In this document: piece after piece, positions 28,384 through 38,570 of the stretch
How positions within the stretch are numbered: the stretch's first letter is position 1
Layout: every line of letters begins with the position of its first letter
The notes under the pieces: model-generated
Databases searched by the model: none
Seen by the model: only the letters and a program-made list of their open reading frames with translations
What the model was told of the DNA's origin: nothing
Translations under genes and position numbers: made by a program
Assembly: GCA_965205505.1 (NCBI GenBank)
Contig: CBDBHB010000004.1
Location: forward strand, 1 to 64,000
Length of the DNA: 64,000 bases
Source of the DNA: Acidobacteriota bacterium
Lineage (GTDB): Bacteria; Acidobacteriota; UBA890; WLXD01
Direction of reading: 5' to 3'

Positions 28384-29264
28384 GCCCAGCTCGACGGCGC
28401 GAGGCGGTGGCGCATGTACAGGGGCGGCTGGGCGTCTCCGAGAGGCGGGCGTGCCGGGTACTGAAACAACCACGCACGACACACAGGTACATGCCAAGAG
28501 AACCGGGCGATGAGCAGATGTTGACGGAGCGGATCGTGGATCTAGCCCGACAATACGGGCGCTACGGGTATCGGCGAGTGACGGCGTTGTTGCGTATGGA
28601 GGGCTGGTGGGTGAACCACAAACGAGTGCAGCGTATCTGGAGGCGTGAGGGGCTGAAAGTACCGACAAAGCAGCCCAAACGAGCCCGGCTGTGGCTCAGC
28701 GATGGCTCGTGCATCCGGCTGCGACCACAGCGCAAAGATCACGTCTGGGCGTATGACTTCGTTCATCACCGGACGCACGAGGGTCGGGCTATGAGGCTGC
28801 TGACGATCGTCGATGAGTACACACGAGAAAGCCTGGCGATCGACGTGGCACGGAAGCTCAACTGTGAGGACGTGCTCGAGCGGCTCGGGTGGTTGTTCGT
28901 GCACCGGGGCATACCTGAGCACATCCGGTCCGATAACGGACCGGAGTTCACCGCCGAGGCGGTTCGCGACTGGCTCGGTAGGCTCGGTGTGGGCACGCTG
29001 TTCATCGAGCCGGGCTCGCCGTGGGAGAACGGCTACGTGGAGAGCTTCAACGGCAAGCTCCGAGACGAGCTGCTCAACGGCGAGATCTTCTACACGCTCA
29101 AGGAGGCAAAGGTTCTGATCGAGAGATGGAGGCAGCAGTACAACCGCATGCGACCGCACAGCTCGTTGGGCTACCGACCACCGGCCCCGGAGGCGCTGTT
29201 GTTGAAGCCGGCTACGCTCCGCTTCGCCGGCCTCAACAACCCCTTGTCAGCACCGAGTTACTGA
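28371..29264 (+). CDS. IS3 transposase OrfB (rve DDE), expressed by -1 frameshift
   Basis: [48 protein letters not shown]. Confidence 0.9.
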   Translation, partial: GKLLSPARRREAVAHVQGRLGVSERRACRVLKQPRTTHRYMPREPGDEQMLTERIVDLARQYGRYGYRRVTALLRMEGWWVNHKRVQRIWRREGLKVPTKQPKRARLWLSDGSCIRLRPQRKDHVWAYDFVHHRTHEGRAMRLLTIVDEYTRESLAIDVARKLNCEDVLERLGWLFVHRGIPEHIRSDNGPEFTAEAVRDWLGRLGVGTLFIEPGSPWENGYVESFNGKLRDELLNGEIFYTLKEAKVLIERWRQQYNRMRPHSSLGYRPPAPEALLLKPATLRFAGLNNPLSAPSY

Positions 29265-29295
29265 GATAAGACGTGGTACTAACCGTGGGGTCAGG

Positions 29296-30369
29296 TCAGC
29301 ACGCCAGCGCCTTTTCCTGCACGGCGCGGGTCGCGTTCGTGCACTCCTGCGCCCAGTCGCGAAAGCTCGACCGGAATCCATGCGGCACCGCGTCGATGCC
29401 GAGCTCACGCATCAGCTTGGAGTGCGTCGCGTTGGACAGTGGCTTACCGGGCCGCGTGCCGGGAAACACCCAGCCCTCTCCGTCCGACAGTCCCCGTGCC
29501 TCGTTCAACACCTCCACGGCTCGGCTCGACAGCGGCACCCGGTGCTCACGGTTCGCTTTCATGCGCTCGGCCGGAACGGTCCACACGGCCCCCTCAAGGT
29601 CCAACTCCCCCCATGTGGCCAGGCGAGCCTCGCTCACCCTCGCCGCTGTCAACACCAGAAACTCGAAGCACAGCTTCGCACCCGCCGAAGCGCTTGAAGC
29701 ATGCACGGATGCGACCGCGCCCACCACCTCGGCATGGGGGAGCGCTTTGAAATGGCGCGTCACGTCTCCCTGGCGCCCCAGCGCCTGGCCAATGGCGTCG
29801 CCGGCCGGGTTGTCGGGCCGGTACTCCATCGCCACGGCCCATTTCATCACGGCGCCGATGCGTTGCCGTACCCGTCGCGCCGTCTCGGGTTTCTCGTGCC
29901 ATATCGGCTGCAGGGCCTTCAGCACCTCGGACGTGCCGATCTCGCCCACCCGCCGGTCACCGAAATACGGGAACACGTAGCGGCGCAACGAGGACGGCCA
30001 GTCTTTCGCGTGCTTCGGGTTGCGCCATGCCACGCGCTTCTGTTTGAGAACGAGTGCCGCCGCTTCCTCGAACGTCGGCATCCCACGGGCCCTGTGCTTT
30101 TCGGCCAACGGATCACCGCCCTCCCGCGCCAGCTTTCGGTTGGCGAATGCCTTGGAGCGTGCCTCCGCCAGCGACACGAGCGGGTACCCTCCCAACCCCA
30201 GCGACCGGGGCCGGCCACGAATCACGAGCCGCTGGACCCACTGCCGCGAGCCCGAGGCGTTCACGCGCAAGTTCAAGCCGTGACCGTCGCAATACAACCC
30301 CGGCGGCGCGGTCTCGACAAATCGGGCGCTCAAACGCTGCGTCTGATGTCTCCCGCGCTGTTTCGGCAA
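29296..30369 (-). pseudogene. P4-like tyrosine integrase truncated at the IS3 end
   Basis: Arm domain DGHGLNLRV/LGGYPLVSLAEAR; TAARVSE, MKANREHRVPL, PHGFRSSFRDW; ends ALAC-TGA before the catalytic Tyr, with the TGA supplied by the IS end. Confidence 0.88.
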
Positions 30370-30680
30370 CGTTCGATTCCCCTCCCTCTTCGCACAGCTC
30401 TATATATACAACATTGTGCCATTTTAAACGCGGATTGAGGTGGAAATCAACGGAGCGTATAGGACATCGTGATCAACGATAAATTACTTAATACATGTAA
30501 CTTACATGGATAACTTCGGGACAGAGAGGAATTCTACGGAATAGAGGAACTGTGGACGCCGCCTCCACACCTATGCGCTCGACGTCAGCGAGCTGGGCAG
30601 GGCTGACGGTCTGACGTGGTTCGGAGGTCCGTTCGGTCGGTGCTAGGCTAGGGACTTCGGGTCCTCAGGAGGCTCACCTG

Positions 30681-30840
30681 ATGAAGTTTCCGCGTGCTGA
30701 TCGAACTGGACGAGGACGGCGTTTTCATCGCCGAGGTTCCCAGCTTGCCCGGCTGCGTCACGCAGGGCGCATCGCGCGAGGCAGCGCTCCGTAACGCGCA
30801 CGAAGCCATCGGGCTGTATCTGGAGAGCCTCGTTGACAGG
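30681..30840 (+). pseudogene. HicB-family antitoxin fragment with a +1 frameshift near the start
   Basis: atg aag ttt c cgc gtg = MKF/RVLIELDEDGVFIAEVPSLPGCVTQGASREAALRNAHEAIGLYLES; no hicA nearby. Confidence 0.7.
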
Positions 30841-30864
30841 TGGCGCTGGATGCGAGAGTCTCTC

Positions 30865-31707
30865 TCAGAAAGCGAGCGCTAGCATCCCGGCACCCCAGAC
30901 GAGCAAAGCGCCGCCGGTCGCGTAGCCGAGCCAGTGGCCGGCGGGGAAGGTCTTTTCGAACAGGACGAGCAGGGCGAGGCCCGCGATCCAGTAGAGATTC
31001 ATCACGCCGCCGAAGAACAGGAGCCCCATCAGAAACCAGCAGCAACCGACGCAGAAAGCGCCATGTACGAGGCCCATCCGTAGTGCGCCACGCGCGCCCC
31101 GTCGCCAATGGGTGCTAAGGAATGCGAGCGGCGATCTGCAGTGGCGAAGACAGGCATGCGTGATCGGGGTGAACTGATAGGCGCCCGCGGCGAGCAGCAA
31201 GACGCCGCCAAAGATCACGTTGGTCCCCACGAGCGTCGATGAAAGGATACCGGTCCGCGCGAACCCCCACTGCAGGGTCGCCGCGACCAGGCTGAAGCCA
31301 GCCCAAGCGGCGAGATAGCCGACCGCGAATATGCTCGTGGCGACGTGTGGATGGCCGGTTTCGTGCTGCTTGCGATTGACCGTCGCGAACAAGAGGATCA
31401 TCGGCGCGGCACTGGGCAGCATCATCGCCACCATCATGACCCACCACATGAGGAACATCAGGACTGCGTAGCCGGGCGTCCAGACCACGGGCGTCATCAT
31501 CGGCATGCGGGCCATGCCCCCTTCGGACATGCCCGCCGCCATCCCGAGCCGTGACATGCGGGTCATCTCGAACGCCGACTTGCCCATGCCGGCACCGGCC
31601 AGCAGATGTGCCCACGACAGGGCGACAACCGCAGTAAGCACGATGACGACGATCAGGCGATCGCGCCGGACCACTGCCTCGAGTGTGACGTCGACCGGCA
31701 ATGTCAC
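30865..31707 (-). CDS. DUF2182 metal-binding integral membrane protein
   Basis: MWWVMMVAMMLPS, YQFTP, CLRHCRSP, CVGCCWFLM, GVMN; GTGA overlap with DUF1326. Confidence 0.9.
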   Translation of the reverse strand: MTLPVDVTLEAVVRRDRLIVVIVLTAVVALSWAHLLAGAGMGKSAFEMTRMSRLGMAAGMSEGGMARMPMMTPVVWTPGYAVLMFLMWWVMMVAMMLPSAAPMILLFATVNRKQHETGHPHVATSIFAVGYLAAWAGFSLVAATLQWGFARTGILSSTLVGTNVIFGGVLLLAAGAYQFTPITHACLRHCRSPLAFLSTHWRRGARGALRMGLVHGAFCVGCCWFLMGLLFFGGVMNLYWIAGLALLVLFEKTFPAGHWLGYATGGALLVWGAGMLALAF

Positions 31708-32375
31708 CACGCGCCTAGCCACGCGGTGAGCCTTGATCTTTCGTGGACCAGCCCATCCTGATTGAAGTGGTGCACACAATAATGGGCCCATGAATCTTCG
31801 AACGCCATCTCCATATCACCTGTCACCGAGGTCGTACCGAGTCCGATTTCTGCATAGGTAAACTCGAAGCTGCCACTCGGTCGTGCCAGTGCAACGTGGA
31901 ACGGTTGGCCATTGAACTCGTTGATCATCGGCTTGCCTCTGCTCCGCATGATGCCCGGTATGTCAACGCTTGCGGTTCTGAGCTCCAAGTTCGCTTCGAG
32001 ACCAATCGGCAGGAATAACGTGTCGCAAAACTCCGAGCATGTGGACGCGAATACGGAGAACATGTTGCTTAGCGGTTCACATGCTTCGCCCGAGATGATC
32101 GTTTCAAGCGCGGCCCGTTGAGCTTCATCAGCGCGTTCGTCGATAACAATCTGGCGTTGGCCATTCCCCTCCGCGATTTCGCCAGGCCACTTGTACAGTC
32201 CCGCCCAGTTCAGACCCGCGAGCGACCTATCGTTGAAATGACCGTCAACGACGTTGCCGACAAAGGCCGACTGACAATAGCCATGGGTGCTCGGTAGGTT
32301 GAACTGGCAACCACAATTCACGGCGCAATTGCAGTTGTCGTAGGTTTCGCTCTTGAAGAGCCATTGATCAGCCAT
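31704..32375 (-). CDS. DUF1326 domain protein (copy 1)
   Basis: NCNCAVNCGCQF, PSTHGYC, WPGEIAEG, IDERADEAQRAAL. Confidence 0.88.
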   Translation of the reverse strand: MADQWLFKSETYDNCNCAVNCGCQFNLPSTHGYCQSAFVGNVVDGHFNDRSLAGLNWAGLYKWPGEIAEGNGQRQIVIDERADEAQRAALETIISGEACEPLSNMFSVFASTCSEFCDTLFLPIGLEANLELRTASVDIPGIMRSRGKPMINEFNGQPFHVALARPSGSFEFTYAEIGLGTTSVTGDMEMAFEDSWAHYCVHHFNQDGLVHERSRLTAWLGAW

Positions 32376-32593
32376 CTCGCCGATCCTCCCCTAATCTGTT
32401 ATCTGACTGGAGATTTCCCCATCCCGCCCACACCGAGCGGCTCAAGGATCTCGTAATGACCGAGTGTCTTGCCGACCATGGATCGAGCCCGGATCTAGGG
32501 ATGAGAAGCGGATCGAATTTATCCGCGGGCCATTCGGGGAAACAACGCAACATCAGGCTTGACGGGCACACCGCGTCGCCAGGTGGCCGATGA

Positions 32594-33235
32594 TCACTTG
32601 CCGCGGACCAAGCCATCCTGGTTGTAGTGGTGGACACAAAATAGCGCCCATGAATCTTCGAACGCCATCTCCAGGTCACCGGTCACCGAGGTCGTGCCTC
32701 GTCCGATTTCCCCGTAGGTAAACTCGAAGCTGCCGGTCGGGCGTGCGATTGCGATGTGGAACGGTTCACCGTTGAACTCGTTGATGATCGGTCTGCCGGC
32801 ACTCTTCATGACACCCGGCATATCGACCGTCGCGGTTCTGAGCTCGAGGTTCACCTCGAGATCGATCGGCAGGAACAGTGTCTCGAAAAACTCCGAACAT
32901 AAGGAACCGAAAACGGAGAAATGATTGCTGAGGGGCTCGCATGCATCGCCCGAGATGATCGTTTCGAGAGCAAGCCGTTGAGCCTCGTCCGCGCGCTCGT
33001 CGATCACGATCTGGCGCTTGGGGTTTCCCTCCGCAATCTCACCGGGGAATATGCAAAGCATCGCCCAATTCAGGCCCGCGAGCGGCGTGTCGCTAAAATG
33101 ACCGGCAACGATGGTGCCGACGTAGGCGAAATGACAATTGCCATGTGTCGTGGGCTCGTTGAATTGACAACCGCAGCTCACGGAACAATTGCAGTTGTCG
33201 TAGGTGTGGCTCTTGAATTCCCACCGGTCAGACAT
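32594..33235 (-). CDS. DUF1326 domain protein (copy 2)
   Basis: NCNCSVSCGCQF, PTTHGNC, IDERADEAQR; closely similar to copy 1. Confidence 0.88.
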   Translation of the reverse strand: MSDRWEFKSHTYDNCNCSVSCGCQFNEPTTHGNCHFAYVGTIVAGHFSDTPLAGLNWAMLCIFPGEIAEGNPKRQIVIDERADEAQRLALETIISGDACEPLSNHFSVFGSLCSEFFETLFLPIDLEVNLELRTATVDMPGVMKSAGRPIINEFNGEPFHIAIARPTGSFEFTYGEIGRGTTSVTGDLEMAFEDSWALFCVHHYNQDGLVRGK

Positions 33236-33389
33236 GTTGGCAATCCTCCCAGGGCCGGCACTGCGATTTAGCGCCGAAACCGCACCCACGTCGTGACGCG
33301 GCTTTGCGAGACCTCGGTCCCCGGCGGGAATCTATCCGTTGCTCAGAGAGGGAACAACGGGAGCGTGGGATTGAAGGGCAGGATTCATC

Positions 33390-33408
33390 GGCACAATTCA
33401 GGCACAAT
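33390..33408. repeat. GGCACAAT tandem repeat (integrase arm-site-like)
   Basis: ggcacaat-tca-ggcacaat, followed about 30 bp later by aacccgttgaaaacaaatg. Confidence 0.4.
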
Positions 33409-33475
33409 CGCCCAGAGTGCGGAGGGGAAATCCCCGCAACCCGTTGAAAACAAATGTCGCTGCGAGGACTCCAGA

Positions 33476-33615
33476 GGCTACGACGTGACGCCTGGGGCCG
33501 AATTCGTGATGGTGGGCGCCGATTCAACTAGCGGGTCCAACGCCCGTCACGCAGATGCACCTTTGTGCTGAACTGACTCGACGAGCTGAAGCGGCTCGTG
33601 CCGACGGACCCGTAG
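33476..33615 (+). pseudogene. C-terminal remnant of a Ser/Thr-kinase/TolB-type protein
   Basis: GYDVTPGAEFVMV...VLN*LDELKRLVPTDP*, with a frameshift and TGA where W is expected. Confidence 0.55.
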
Positions 33616-33656
33616 CGGCGGCCCATACTCGCAGGCAGGCGTCGCTTCCTGCGGAC

Positions 33657-33684
33657 CGCGGGTTCAAATCTCGTCGGCCCCGCC
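33657..33684 (+). other. tRNA 3'-end fragment (Asp-like), probable att scar
   Basis: GCGGG-TTCAAAT-CTCGT-CGGCCCC-G-CC: T arm, acceptor 3' strand and G discriminator; no 5' half. Confidence 0.5.
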
Positions 33685-33951
33685 GCTGCATTCCGCCGAA
33701 TCCCCGCACCCGACTCGGGAACGCACAAGTCTCGCGCAGAGTTCTCGGTCGGCGCAGGCGTACTCCCTGGATGTTCGCCGCCCGCCCCGATAGGGTCATG
33801 GGTGGGGACGCGCCAACTCCCCAGCGTGGCAGCAAGACTGGACCATTGAGGCGGAGTACTACACGGAGCCCTATAGCAGGCTCTCTGGCTATTTCGCCGC
33901 ATTGCATAGCGAACGCAGGCAAGCCACCAACACCGCCGGCCCTAGGTCCAC

Positions 33952-35874
33952 ATGAGGGATCGAGATCTTGATCTCGGGATGCACCGGGAGATTACCCGTC
34001 GCGACTTTGTCTCCGGTATCAGCGTTGCGCTGAGCGGCAGTCTCACGCTCCCATGGGCGCAGACGAACGCCTTGGCGAGCCCTGCGGGTCCGGGAGGAGT
34101 CTCACAGGCCCTCGCCGACACGTATCCACCCATCCGCACCGGTATGCGCGGCAGCCACGACGGCTCCTACGAGGTTGCCCATCAGCTTGTCGAAGGCGTG
34201 CGCTGGGACAACGCGGAGGAGACGGGTGAGCTCTACGATCTGGTCGTGGTTGGCGGTGGCCTCAGTGGCCTCGCGGCGGCGTGGTTCTACCAAGAGGCTG
34301 TTTCCGGCGCCCGCATCCTGATTCTCGACAACCACGACGACTTCGGCGGTCATGCCAAGCGCAACGAGTTCCGGCTCGACGGTCGGATGTTCCTGTCAAA
34401 TGGCGGCACGGTCTTTATCTCCAACCTGAACGAGTACGGTGAAGGAGCCCAGCGCCTGATCCGCGGGATTGGCATCGACGTAAGCCGTTACTCCGAATTC
34501 GTCGATAGCGACCTGTACAGCTCGCTCGGCCTGCGCAGGTCGGTTTTCTTCGACCGCGAGACGTTCGGCACCGATCGGCTGCTGGTAGGCGAAGGCAGGC
34601 CCTCTTGGCGCGAGTTCCTGGCGCGCGCGCCCCTGTCCGAAACGGCACGTGATGACCTTGTAAGACTCCACGAGCCGAACATCGATTACCTGGCGCACCT
34701 CAGCTTGGAGGAGAAGGTCGAGTTTCTTCGTAACACGAGCTACGAAGACTTTCTCTTGAAGGTGTCCCAGGTAGGTCGCGAGGCAATCTCCTTCCTCGAG
34801 ACCTCCGGCGGTTGGACCATCGGCCTCGATGGCGTCCCCGCCTGGCTCGGCGCCGGCCGCTGGCCTGGGACCACCGGGCTGGGGCTCGGCGACGACGATG
34901 ATGATGCCGATGATACCGGCGAGGAGCGTGCTTTCTTCCAGTTTCCGGATGGCAACGCGTCGATCGCGCGTCTGATCGTCCGGTCGCTGATCCCAGAGGT
35001 CGCTCCCGGCAGCACGATGGAGGACATCGTCGACGCTCAGTTCGACTATGGCAAGCTCGATCGGGAGGGCTCGGCTGTCCGCGTGCGGCTGGAGAGCACA
35101 GCGGTGCGGGTAGCTCACCGTGGCGATCGGCGATCGGCCGAAGAAGTCGAGGTCACGTACGTCCGCCACGGCCACGCCCGGCGAGTGCGCGCCGGTCGTT
35201 GCGTGCTCGCCTGTTACAACGCCGTGATCCCTTTGATTTGCGAGGAACTGCCGGATCCGCAAAAACACGCGCTATCGACCGCACTCAAGGCGCCCCTTAT
35301 CTACACCAACGTCCTGATCCGCAACTGGACCGCCTTCGCCAAGCTCGGTGTGAGCAGGGTGCGCTGCCCGGGCAGCTATTTCGAGAGCGTTAATGTGCAG
35401 CGACCGATCAGCATTGGGAGCTATCGACACGCGAGCACGCCTGACGAGCCCATGGTCGTGCGTATGTCCCGCATTCCCCTGGTGCCGGAGGCCCGCGGGC
35501 GGTCCGTGCCTGAGCAGTGGAAGGCCGCGCGCCGGGGTCTGTTGGCGACGACGTTCGCGACGTTCGAGCGCAAGATCAGGGATCAGCTCGGCCGGATACT
35601 GTCAGCCGGAGGCTTCGACCCGGCGCGCGACATCGCGGCGATAACCGTGAATCGCTGGCCACACGGCTATGCATACGGCCAGGATCCGCAGACGGGTGAG
35701 GTCGCGTGGAGACCCGATGATCTACCGCCCGAGCGTTGTCCGTGGCTCGTCGCCCGCCAACCTTTTGGCCGGATCGCCATCGCCAACTCCGACGCGGGCG
35801 CGTGGGCCATGACCGAGGTTGCCATTGGTGAGGCGCATCGGGCGGTGACGGACTTGTTGTCGACAACGACCTAG
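33952..35874 (+). CDS. Tat-exported FAD-dependent oxidoreductase, spermidine dehydrogenase (SpdH)-like
   Basis: DLGMHREITRRDF, YPPIRTGMRGSH, VVVGGGLSG, NHDDFGGHAKRNEF, FPDGNASIAR, ITVNRWPHGYAY. Confidence 0.85.
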   Translation: MRDRDLDLGMHREITRRDFVSGISVALSGSLTLPWAQTNALASPAGPGGVSQALADTYPPIRTGMRGSHDGSYEVAHQLVEGVRWDNAEETGELYDLVVVGGGLSGLAAAWFYQEAVSGARILILDNHDDFGGHAKRNEFRLDGRMFLSNGGTVFISNLNEYGEGAQRLIRGIGIDVSRYSEFVDSDLYSSLGLRRSVFFDRETFGTDRLLVGEGRPSWREFLARAPLSETARDDLVRLHEPNIDYLAHLSLEEKVEFLRNTSYEDFLLKVSQVGREAISFLETSGGWTIGLDGVPAWLGAGRWPGTTGLGLGDDDDDADDTGEERAFFQFPDGNASIARLIVRSLIPEVAPGSTMEDIVDAQFDYGKLDREGSAVRVRLESTAVRVAHRGDRRSAEEVEVTYVRHGHARRVRAGRCVLACYNAVIPLICEELPDPQKHALSTALKAPLIYTNVLIRNWTAFAKLGVSRVRCPGSYFESVNVQRPISIGSYRHASTPDEPMVVRMSRIPLVPEARGRSVPEQWKAARRGLLATTFATFERKIRDQLGRILSAGGFDPARDIAAITVNRWPHGYAYGQDPQTGEVAWRPDDLPPERCPWLVARQPFGRIAIANSDAGAWAMTEVAIGEAHRAVTDLLSTTT

Positions 35875-35879
35875 GCCGC

Positions 35880-36177
35880 TCTCCTGACGAAAACCTCGTC
35901 GAGGAACCAGGTGTCTCCGGGTCGACCTTGCCGCCGCCGTAGCTTGGCCGCGTAGATGGTCCCGAACTTGGCGCACTAACACCGGATCACTTCATGCGAG
36001 ACTGTCACTCCTCGCTTCGCCAGGAGATCCTCGACGTCGCGCAAGCTCAGGCAGAACCGGTGATACAGCCAGACGGCGTGGCTGATGATCTCGGGAGGGA
36101 ACCGGTGTCGACGGTAGCGCTGCCGGTCGTTGCTCATCACCGGACTGTGCCAGGCTGTCGGTTCACTTGACAGTACC
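35880..36177 (-). mobile_element. IS6-family remnant (left end plus truncated transposase with a nonsense codon)
   Basis: GGTACTGTCAAGT end; MSNDRQRYRRHRFPPEIISHAVWLYHRFCLSLRDVEDLLAKRG...IRC*CAKFG...WFLDEVFV, with TAG at 35976-35978. Confidence 0.85.
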
Positions 36178-36245
36178 CATGGTGATCCAGCAACGCCGGA
36201 GGTTGCTTCGCGATTGATGCCGGGTTGCGGTCGACGTGCCCCAGT

Positions 36246-36269
36246 TGTACCCTTAGTTCACATGGTACA
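36246..36269. promoter_or_regulatory. Palindromic operator TGTACC-N12-GGTACA (YtrA-type GntR-like)
   Basis: Directly upstream of the GntR gene at 36290. Confidence 0.55.
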
Positions 36270-36289
36270 TATGACAAAGCGAAACCGCC

Positions 36290-36679
36290 ATGGAACTGAT
36301 TATCGACATCGACGATTCCGTCCCTTTGTTTGCCCAGTTGGTCGCGCAGATCAAGAAGGCCGTGCTCTCCGATGAACTATGCCCCGGGGCGCTCTTGCCT
36401 TCTATTCGGCAGCTTGCGAACGATCTCAGGCTGAACAACAAGACGGTGGCGAAAGCCTACCGATTGCTAGAGCGCGATTCCGTCATCCAAACCAAAGGGT
36501 ACCGCGGCACCTTCGTCCACCCCGGCGCCAAGGCCAACAGTACTGTCGATTTGACGGCGTGGGTCATGACGAAATTGCGCGACACCGTAGAGACACTTAG
36601 AGGGTCGGGCGCAACCGACTCGGAGATTCGGATCGCGTTCGGCGACGTCATGAAATCGTCGCGACAGCTGAGGAGATGA
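36290..36679 (+). CDS. GntR (YtrA-like) transcriptional regulator
   Basis: PLFAQL, LPSIRQLANDL, TVAKAYRLLE, GYRGTFV. Confidence 0.9.
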   Translation: MELIIDIDDSVPLFAQLVAQIKKAVLSDELCPGALLPSIRQLANDLRLNNKTVAKAYRLLERDSVIQTKGYRGTFVHPGAKANSTVDLTAWVMTKLRDTVETLRGSGATDSEIRIAFGDVMKSSRQLRR

Positions 36680-36680
36680 A

Positions 36681-37529
36681 GTGCCAGAGCATGCGTTCTT
36701 CTACGTTATATTCCTGAGCCAGGTCCTTCTCATCTCGCTCTATCTTCCGAAACGACTACTCGGCCGGTTGAGGCACATCGTCGCTCGATATCCGCCATCG
36801 GAGTATCCCAAGCTCTATCCGGTTCCACTCGATACCGTGGAGAGAGCGCAGCGGAACTACCGGAACTTGAACTCGTTCGCGCTCCTGGTCGGTCTCGCGT
36901 TGGTGCTAGCTGGCGTCTTGGCACCCACGGTCGAAATATTCGACTGGGACAGCGCTGTTCTCACAATGTACTCGGCGATCCAGTGGTCCCCGTTCATCAT
37001 CGCCACAACCGCGGGATTCACCTACTTCAATCTCAAGAGACGGCCCGATTCGAGGTCCACTCGCAGGGCGGACCTGCATCCTCGCCGCCTGTTCGACTTC
37101 GTTTCACCGGCATTGGTCGGCGCGGCAATCCTGGTGTATTTGGCCTTCGTGTTGCTCATCCTCTACGTCAGACAGTTCGAGTTCCCGTGGTTCGGTGGAC
37201 ACTAGAACATATTTGCGATGACGGCTGCCAACCTTCTGTTCGCAGGGCTCATTTTCAAGAGCCTATATGGGAAGAGGAAGGATCCGTACAAGGCACACGA
37301 AGATCGCATGAGGGAAATCGAGCTCAACGCGAACCTACTGGTGTGGGTGAGCATTGTCGCCACGTTGTTCGTGGTGATCGCTGTGACTCTCCGAGCCCTC
37401 GAGCTGCCCGACGTCATCCCGGTGGCGCAGAGCTTGTACTTCCAGCTCCTGGCTCTGATCAGCTTCCGAGCGTTTCGAATCGATCACGTGAACTTCGAGG
37501 TTTACAGGGAAGATCCGTCGGTCGCGTAG
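36681..37529 (+). pseudogene. Membrane protein split by an in-frame TAG at 37203-37205
   Basis: YPPSEYPKLYP, RRADLHPRRLFDF; ...PWFGGH*NIFAMTAANLL continues in frame to YGKRKDPY. Confidence 0.75.
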
Positions 37530-37593
37530 CTCTGCACGAGCGCTGCCCGGTAGGATCACAGCGGCCCGACGGCTCACAGCGGATGGCGAAGCA

Positions 37594-37908
37594 ATGGAAA
37601 TAATCATCGATATCGACGATTCAGCCCCCTTGCTGGCTCGAGTGATCGGACAGATCAAGGACGCCGTGCTCAGCGGCAATCTATGCCCCGGGGATGCCTT
37701 GCCTTCGAGTTGGCAGCTTGCGAGCGACCTGGACGTCGACAGCAAGACGGTGGCGACCGCCTACCGCTTGCTGGAACTTGACTCGGTGATTCAAACCAAG
37801 ACCGGCCGCGGCACCTCCGTTCACCCGGACGCCAAGGCGAACAGTACGCGAGTCGGCTGGAGCTGGTGCCCGTTGGCGCCGAATCCCGCCTTAGGTCAAC
37901 GCGGCTAG
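37594..37908 (+). CDS. GntR (YtrA-like) paralog with a divergent or short C-terminus
   Basis: Closely similar to 36290..36679 up to HPDAKANST. Confidence 0.75.
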   Translation: MEIIIDIDDSAPLLARVIGQIKDAVLSGNLCPGDALPSSWQLASDLDVDSKTVATAYRLLELDSVIQTKTGRGTSVHPDAKANSTRVGWSWCPLAPNPALGQRG

Positions 37909-38124
37909 TCCCTGACGAATCGTACGCTTTGGATCAGGCCGCCTCTAACCTCTTATAATGAGACGCTCCTACCCCCGGCTGCTCCCATTGCGTTCCACCT
38001 CCAGGTACCCGGAGGGTCGGCTGAGATCGCTTTCGGGTACGTTCGGCGATTCGGTGATTGTGATCGCCCGGCGGCAGGAACCAGGCTGCCGTCCTGGTTC
38101 AAAACTCATCGCTGGTCGCGACCC

Positions 38125-38570
38125 GTGTCTCTGGTAACTACACGTGTCTTCGGTGACGAGACCGAGGCGGTGTCCGCGGTCGAGTACGACGCTGTCGTGC
38201 TCGCCGTGGCGACTCTCGAGCGTGCCGCCTTCGAGATGATGTACCTCGTTCCGGAACGGCAATCCTACGAAGAGGCGCTACAGGTGATGGAATCGCTGAC
38301 CGCCCTGCGGCCCCGCGTCTTGCAACGGTTGCTGGAGAGTTGCAGCCAGGTAAAGGCGAAGCGCCTCTTCATGCACACGGCCGAACGCTTCGGTCACCCA
38401 TGGCTTGACGCGCTCGATCTGTCCCGCATCGACTTCGGATCTGGCAAACGGATGATCCACCGGGGTTTCGCCGGCATGACCACGCGGCCCATTGAGCTCG
38501 CTCAACTCGAGTCCGCCAGGGACCGCTTGCTCACCTGGGCCGCTACGGAGCTCTCAGAGAGCGAGCGGCG
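38125..38570 (+). pseudogene. Fused remnant of a type IV TA system: AbiEi antitoxin C-terminus joined to an AbiEii toxin C-terminal piece
   Basis: ERAAFEMMYLVP...LRPRVLQRLLESCSQVKAKRLF...IDFGSGKR, then FAGMTTRPIELAQLESARDRL. Confidence 0.65.

Larger units (their letters stand above)
28039..29298 (+). mobile_element. IS3-family insertion sequence (about 1260 bp, apparently intact)
   Basis: TGACCTGACCCC...GGGGTCAGGTCA ends; orfA/orfB overlap with slippery GGGAAAC at 28371-28377; no target duplication seen. Confidence 0.92.

Noticed and set aside
15194-33684. Intact tRNA genes at 15194 and 33657
   Set aside because: Only partial arms are present; a cloverleaf cannot be formed
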